A program made the translations under genes and the position numbers. The notes beneath the pieces were generated by a model. The model saw only the letters and a list, made by a program, of their open reading frames with translations. It had not been told where the DNA came from and ran no database searches. A DNA stretch of 64,000 nucleotides, from NCBI GenBank assembly GCA_007375535.1, contig VMEM01000001.1:39462-103461 (forward strand), read 5' to 3'. Position 1 is the first letter of the stretch. Each line of letters begins with the position of its first letter. This DNA comes from Parcubacteria group bacterium LiPW_41 (GTDB lineage: Bacteria > Patescibacteriota > Minisyncoccia > UBA6257 > GWB1-50-10). This document shows positions 58,671 to 64,000 of this stretch, in pieces.

Positions 58671-59762
58671 TTATTCTTTTACTAATTTCAAATTAATTCT
58701 TTTTTCTTCTGTTTTTATACTATCAATAACAAATGTGTACTCCTTCTGAAGTGAAAGCTCTTTTTTCATCTCGTCTGCCCCTCCAAAATCAGTAACGTGT
58801 ACATATCCCTGTGTTTCCGAATCAATATTTACTACCGCACCAAATGCATTAAACAAATATACCGTACCACGAATAGTTGCCCCTTCTTTATATCGCTCTA
58901 CGCTTGTAGTCCATGGATCTTCCTTTAACACTTTTAGAGAAAGAGAAATTTTACCATCTTTAATTTCTGTAATCTTTGCCTTGATAACTTCATCAATTTT
59001 TACAATCTCTTTTGGATTTTCAACAACTCGATAATCAAGTTCTGAAACATGAATTAATCCTTCAACTGCTGGATTATCAACAAATTTTACAAAAACTCCA
59101 AAATCAGCAACACCAGAAACAATAACCTCAACGATTTGTCCCACTGAATAATTTTTTACTAACTCACGTGAAGAAACTTCTACCGCTTCTTTTTCTGAAA
59201 CAATGAGTTTTCCATTTCGTTGGTTTGCATCAATTACTTTTACAGTAATTTCTTCTCCGACGAGCTTCTGAAGTGCTGAAGCAATATCAGTTCTATCTCC
59301 AACACCAATTTTTGGATAATGATCCTGAGATAATTGAGATACTGGAAGAAATGCGCCAACTCCACGAACACTCACAATAAGTCCACCTTTGTTATAACCG
59401 GTTGGCTTTACTACAAACGACTCGTCTTTTCCTTTTAACTCATCAATTTCAAGCCATGCTTTTTGACGTCCTGCTTCAGTAAGTGAAAGTTCAACGTATC
59501 CTTCTTCATTATCAATTTCAACAACTTTTCCATTGATCACCCCACCACATTCAACAGATTTCACGAGATCGCGTGCATTTTGCAATTCACCACGATATAC
59601 AACACCAGTTCCGTTCTTTCCAAGATCAACAAGAAGACGGTTTGAACTCTTTTCTATTATTTTTCCCTCAACAAGGTCTCCAACCTTCAAAGGGGAGAAT
59701 AGCTGTGGCGCTGTTTTTACTAATTGCGCAAGCATCAGCATTCCATTCTTTACTATATTCAT
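58671..59762 (-). CDS. rpsA: 30S ribosomal protein S1, with four S1 repeats
   Basis: Repeated S1/OB modules. Confidence 0.8.
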   Translation of the reverse strand: MNIVKNGMLMLAQLVKTAPQLFSPLKVGDLVEGKIIEKSSNRLLVDLGKNGTGVVYRGELQNARDLVKSVECGGVINGKVVEIDNEEGYVELSLTEAGRQKAWLEIDELKGKDESFVVKPTGYNKGGLIVSVRGVGAFLPVSQLSQDHYPKIGVGDRTDIASALQKLVGEEITVKVIDANQRNGKLIVSEKEAVEVSSRELVKNYSVGQIVEVIVSGVADFGVFVKFVDNPAVEGLIHVSELDYRVVENPKEIVKIDEVIKAKITEIKDGKISLSLKVLKEDPWTTSVERYKEGATIRGTVYLFNAFGAVVNIDSETQGYVHVTDFGGADEMKKELSLQKEYTFVIDSIKTEEKRINLKLVKE

Positions 59763-59857
59763 ACCGCATTAGAATACGTGTTTTAGTAAAAAAAAGCAAT
59801 ATTCCAAAATAGAATAAACAACAAAAAAGATTAGAGACTATTCAAAAAATCATTTTT

Positions 59858-60457
59858 TTGACCTATACTACTATGGATATGGTTATTACGCATCAAGGAG
59901 GAAACTATTTTAAGATCCAGTCTGGAGACTATACAGTGCTTATTGATCCTGAAAATCAGAGATCTTTTAAGGGGGCGCAAGTGGTAATTAATACCGTAAA
60001 ACCGACGTTCGCAGAACCACAAGAAGGCGAAGGATCTCCGGTTTGGATTGAGCACCAAGGAGAATATGAAATTGGGGGAGTGCGAATTCATGGATATTCA
60101 TGTGGATGGAACGAAAAAGCAAAATGTGAGAGTACTGCATATCATATCTTTTTTGACGATATTACTATCGCGGTGTTGGGACATCTTTATAAAGAACTTG
60201 ATCCAAAAACCGCTGGAGTGTTAACCGATGCAGATATTGCAATTGTTCCAGCAGCAGGATCGCCATTTCTTGAAATCACAAAAGTTGCAAAACTTATCAG
60301 ACAACTCGAGCCAGGAATTGTTATTCCATCGCTTACCGAAAAACCACAACCACTTCTTAAAGAACTAAATAGAGAAGCAAAAGCGGAAGAAAAACTTACT
60401 ATAAAGAAAAAAGAAATAGAACCAAAGGCCATAAAGGTTGTTTGGCTACAATCGTAA
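59858..60457 (+). CDS. MBL-fold / UPF0173-like metal-dependent hydrolase (tentative)
   Basis: Sequence resembles a metallo-beta-lactamase fold. Confidence 0.35.
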   Translation: MTYTTMDMVITHQGGNYFKIQSGDYTVLIDPENQRSFKGAQVVINTVKPTFAEPQEGEGSPVWIEHQGEYEIGGVRIHGYSCGWNEKAKCESTAYHIFFDDITIAVLGHLYKELDPKTAGVLTDADIAIVPAAGSPFLEITKVAKLIRQLEPGIVIPSLTEKPQPLLKELNREAKAEEKLTIKKKEIEPKAIKVVWLQS

Positions 60458-60884
60458 TAGAAAAACTATGAAACAGGTGGTCACAAGTCATATCGAAAAA
60501 ATTCGCCACTCTGATGAACACACAAAGCGTTGGTGGGTGATAGGAGCAACAACAATTGTTATGTGTGCTGTTATTGTTTTGTGGGTTATGTATCTTACTG
60601 CGACACTTCCGAAAACAAGCGAACAAAAAACATCAACTGAAGTTGTACAAATAGAAACAGAAAAAACTTCTTTTTTAGGGACATTAATTGAAGGAGTAAA
60701 AATCACTTCAAATAATTTATGGAATTCGTTTCGTTCAATAGGAACAGGATTTTCAAAAGGAGTAGAAAATGCAATGCAATACACATCAAAAAAGAAAGAA
60801 ATAATAATACAAAAAGCACCATCAGAAACGCCTTTCATACCAAATAATCCAGAACCATTAGAACCAATACAACTACCACAATAA
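60438..60884 (+). CDS. Hypothetical membrane protein
   Basis: Single TM helix. Confidence 0.4.
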   Translation: MFGYNRNRKTMKQVVTSHIEKIRHSDEHTKRWWVIGATTIVMCAVIVLWVMYLTATLPKTSEQKTSTEVVQIETEKTSFLGTLIEGVKITSNNLWNSFRSIGTGFSKGVENAMQYTSKKKEIIIQKAPSETPFIPNNPEPLEPIQLPQ

Positions 60885-60887
60885 TCT

Positions 60888-63362
60888 ATGAAAAAAGAAG
60901 AAAAGAAAATTGAAATAATAGAAGAGTCAATTCAACCACAAGAAATCACAGAAGAAATGCAGAAGTCGTATTTGAGTTACGCGATGTCTGTTATTGTTTC
61001 TCGTGCTCTTCCTGACGTGCGTGATGGACTCAAGCCTGTACAACGAAGAATATTGTGGGGAATGTGGGATATGGGACTCACCCATACGGTAAAATTTAAA
61101 AAATCTGCAAACGTCGTTGGAGAGGTTATGGGAAAATATCATCCACATGGAGATCAAGCAATTTATGACTCAATGGCTCGCATGGCACAAGACTTTTCTC
61201 TTCGTTATACACTCGTTGATGGACAAGGAAACTGGGGATCGATAGATGGAGATGCGCCTGCTGCAATGCGTTATACCGAAGCACGACTTACGAAAATCTC
61301 TGCAGAGCTTCTTACTGATATCGAAAAGGGAACTGTTGATTGGAATCAAAATTATGATAACTCTCGCGTTGAGCCTGCGTTTCTTCCAGCAAAACTTCCA
61401 CATCTTCTATTAAATGGAACGGTTGGTATTGCGGTTGGTATGGCGACATCAATCCCACCTCATAATTTACACGAGATAATCAATGCAACAATGCATCTCG
61501 CGAAGCACCCCGATTCTTCAACAAAAGATCTAATGCAGTTTGTTCCGGGTCCTGATTTTCCAACTGGTGGTGTAATCTTTGATAAAAAAGCGCTCGAAGA
61601 AGCATATGCAACAGGACGTGGATCAGTGACTATTCGCGCAGTAGCAGAGGTTGAGGAACGAAAAAATGGAAGCTTCCAAATTGTTATCACAGAAATTCCT
61701 TATCAGGTAAACAAATCTGATCTCATCACAAAGATGGCAGAACTCGCGCAAGAAAAACGCATTGAAGGAATTAGAGATCTTCGCGACGAGTCAGATAGAG
61801 ACGGACTCCGTATTGTTGTTGAAATTAAGAACGACGCAACACCACAAAAAGTATTAAATCAATTATTCCAATATACTGAGTTGCAAAAGAATTTCTATTT
61901 CAATATGTTGGCACTTGAAAATGGAATTTCACCTCGTATCTTCTCATTAAAGGATATTCTTTCTGCATATCTTGATCACCGAAAAATTATTGTAAGAAGG
62001 AGAACGGAGTTTGACCTCAAAAAAGCAGAAGATCGCGCACACATTCTTGAGGGACTCGCCACCGCACTCGATGTAATCGATAAAATTATCGAGACGATCA
62101 AAAAATCAAAAGACAAAGATGAGGCGCGCACAAATTTGATGAAGAAATTCAAACTTTCTGAACTTCAAGCAAATGCAATTCTTGAAATGCGCCTACAATC
62201 GCTTGCTGCTCTCGAAAGAATTAAGATTGAGGAGGAATTAAAAGAAAAGAAAAAATTCATTGCAGAATGTAAGGCGATTTTGAAATCTGAAGAACGAATT
62301 CTTGGAATTATTACTGATGAATTGAGTGGTCTCAAAACCACCTATCCAAGCGAAAGGAAAACAAAACTTGTTTCTTCTGGAATAAAAGAATTTAAAGAAG
62401 AGGATTTAATTCAAAACGAAGAGGTTATTGTGACCCTAAGCCAAGATGGATATATAAAGCGAATGCCCCCAACGGTATTCAAGGCACAACGAAGGGGTGG
62501 AAAGGGACTTATTGGGTTTGAATTAAAAGAAGAAGATCAAATCCATAAAATTATCACCGCAAACACACACGATAATATACTTTTCTTCACCGATAAGGGA
62601 CGCGTATTTCAAACAAAGGTATACGAGATTCCTATTGCCTCTCGCACCTCAAAAGGAAAGTCGGTACACAATTTCCTCACACTTCCACCAAATGAAAAAA
62701 TCTGCTCAGTGGTGAATTACGAAGGAATTGAAGGTGGAAAGCGAGGGGAAGGAAGTGGATTCCTTGTTATGGCAACACGCGATGGCATTATAAAGAAAAC
62801 AGACTTTAAAGATTTTTCTAGCGTACGAAGAACAGGAATTATTGCTATTACACTAAAGGATGACGACGTTCTTCAGTGGGCTGACCGATCTTCTGGAGAG
62901 GACGAAATAATTCTCGTAACAGCAAATGGGCAATCAATTCGATTTAAAGAAAAAGATGTGCGCGCAATGGGAAGAACCGCATCAGGAATCAAAGCAATAA
63001 ACTTAAAAAATAAAGATGTTGTTGCAGGATTTTCTATAATCGGAAAGGGAACTAAATCGGATACACAATTCCTAGTTATTATGGGAAATGGATATGCGAA
63101 ACAGACACCAATAAAAGAATATAAGGTACAAAAAAGAGGTGGAAGTGGAATTCGAACCGCAAAAACAACAGATAAAACAGGAAAAGTAGTTGCAGCACAC
63201 GTGATTGATCCTGAAGCAGAAGAAGTCATTGTTTTTTCTTCAAAAGGACAAGTAATTCGAACAAAACTCTCTGATATACGCGTTGCAGGACGAGCTACAC
63301 AAGGAGTACGAATGATGAATCTTGATAAAGGAGATTCGATTATGGGAATTGTAGCTTTATAA
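60888..63362 (+). CDS. gyrA: DNA gyrase subunit A
   Basis: Active-site region AMRYTEARL, the YHPHGD motif, and GyrA-box QRRGGKG. Confidence 0.9.
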   Translation: MKKEEKKIEIIEESIQPQEITEEMQKSYLSYAMSVIVSRALPDVRDGLKPVQRRILWGMWDMGLTHTVKFKKSANVVGEVMGKYHPHGDQAIYDSMARMAQDFSLRYTLVDGQGNWGSIDGDAPAAMRYTEARLTKISAELLTDIEKGTVDWNQNYDNSRVEPAFLPAKLPHLLLNGTVGIAVGMATSIPPHNLHEIINATMHLAKHPDSSTKDLMQFVPGPDFPTGGVIFDKKALEEAYATGRGSVTIRAVAEVEERKNGSFQIVITEIPYQVNKSDLITKMAELAQEKRIEGIRDLRDESDRDGLRIVVEIKNDATPQKVLNQLFQYTELQKNFYFNMLALENGISPRIFSLKDILSAYLDHRKIIVRRRTEFDLKKAEDRAHILEGLATALDVIDKIIETIKKSKDKDEARTNLMKKFKLSELQANAILEMRLQSLAALERIKIEEELKEKKKFIAECKAILKSEERILGIITDELSGLKTTYPSERKTKLVSSGIKEFKEEDLIQNEEVIVTLSQDGYIKRMPPTVFKAQRRGGKGLIGFELKEEDQIHKIITANTHDNILFFTDKGRVFQTKVYEIPIASRTSKGKSVHNFLTLPPNEKICSVVNYEGIEGGKRGEGSGFLVMATRDGIIKKTDFKDFSSVRRTGIIAITLKDDDVLQWADRSSGEDEIILVTANGQSIRFKEKDVRAMGRTASGIKAINLKNKDVVAGFSIIGKGTKSDTQFLVIMGNGYAKQTPIKEYKVQKRGGSGIRTAKTTDKTGKVVAAHVIDPEAEEVIVFSSKGQVIRTKLSDIRVAGRATQGVRMMNLDKGDSIMGIVAL

Positions 63363-63367
63363 GATAA

Positions 63368-63408
63368 GAGAATAAAAAACACCCCACTAACTATTTAGTG
63401 GGGTGTTG
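63368..63408 (+). terminator. Terminator CACCCCACTA/TAGTGGGGTG
   Basis: After gyrA. Confidence 0.6.
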
Positions 63409-63423
63409 CGTTATAATTAATTC

Positions 63424-64000
63424 AATGAATAAATCTCGGTCACTTATCATTGGTGCGGTCGCAATTGGAATATCACTTTTTATACTTATTCTCATTGGAA
63501 TACTCCCAGGGCTTAATAGTAATGAACCAAAAAATAATCCAATTTCTATCTCAGTTTGGGGAATAGAAAATGATAAAAACTTCTTTTCTCAATCTGCAGA
63601 CATATTAAAGACCGAATATCCAAACTTCTCAATACAATATAGAAACTTCCCAGACGAAGAAACATATATTTATGCGCTCAATGAAGCATTTTCAATCGGG
63701 AATGCACCAGACATCATCATGGTTTCAAATGCTGATGTCCCAAAAATGAAAACAAAAATTGCCCAAATACCAGAACAATACATCACACAACTTCAACTCC
63801 AACAAGCATTCCCAGAAACAGTGTGGAGATATGATTTTGCGGATAAAAACGGAGTCTATGCACTTCCATTCACAATCGACACGCTCGTTCTTTATTACAA
63901 TCGAGATATTTTGGGAAATGCTGGGATTGTTTATCCACCAGAAACATGGGAGTCACTCGAAGAAATGGTTCCAAAACTCACAAAAAAGAACGCCACAGGA
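63424..64000 (+). CDS. ABC transporter substrate-binding protein (family 1, sugar-type), 5' partial within the window
   Basis: Start MNKSRSLIIGAVAIG followed by a TM/signal segment. The ORF runs off the window end. Confidence 0.55.

Overview
This 64-kb window looks like a chromosomal segment of a small, AT-rich, compact genome with a Patescibacteria/CPR-like appearance. That call rests on gene content and is an inference: IF-2 is short at 489 aa, ValRS is truncated at 702 aa, there are many small membrane proteins, 12 of 13 tRNA genes lack an encoded CCA, and most operons are bounded by GC-clamp hairpins with A/T flanks. Housekeeping genes make up most of the window: tyrS, clpP, rbfA-infB, alr, leuS, metG, glyQS, valS, nusA, tsaD, recO, ftsK, recA, folD, ftsH, rpsA and gyrA, plus an FtsX-like ABC pair, HtrA, PrsW, Hsp20, glycosyltransferases and an M16 peptidase. 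I found 13 tRNA genes in 9 transcription units and no rRNA, CRISPR array, integrase or transposase.

The most unusual feature is a family of roughly 120–250-bp structured elements that sits immediately after the terminal tRNA of 7 of those 9 tRNA units (Arg-GCG, Glu, Leu-UAA, Ser-UGA, Val-GAC, Ser-CGA and Val-UAC). Each copy is bracketed by an antisense copy of the host tRNA's T-arm on the tRNA-proximal side and a sense, degenerate copy of the anticodon-arm-to-3'-end on the distal side; the distal copy ends in a 10–20-nt direct repeat of the tRNA's 3' end, often followed by a second terminator hairpin. The cores share motifs across unrelated tRNAs, including GGGAAAGGGGTCGGGGAAACG, TGGNGGAAG, an 8-bp-stem hairpin of the YTGAAACC…GGTTTCAR type, and GAGCGAAAGCGAC. 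This looks like an undescribed tRNA-trailer-associated RNA, or a miniature element with tRNA-derived inverted ends.

Other things worth a second look are:
- a HelD/UvrD-like helicase apparently co-transcribed with a Pol-beta-type nucleotidyltransferase;
- two free-standing homing-endonuclease-like genes, one HNH and one LAGLIDADG, both abutting tRNA genes;
- a 4 × ~74-bp tandem hairpin array;
- a ~400-nt structured intergenic region ending in a terminator, which may be an ncRNA;
- a pair of palindrome-containing repeat units beside a slightly GC-richer three-gene block;
- the tRNA anticodons Ile(UAU) and Arg(GCG).
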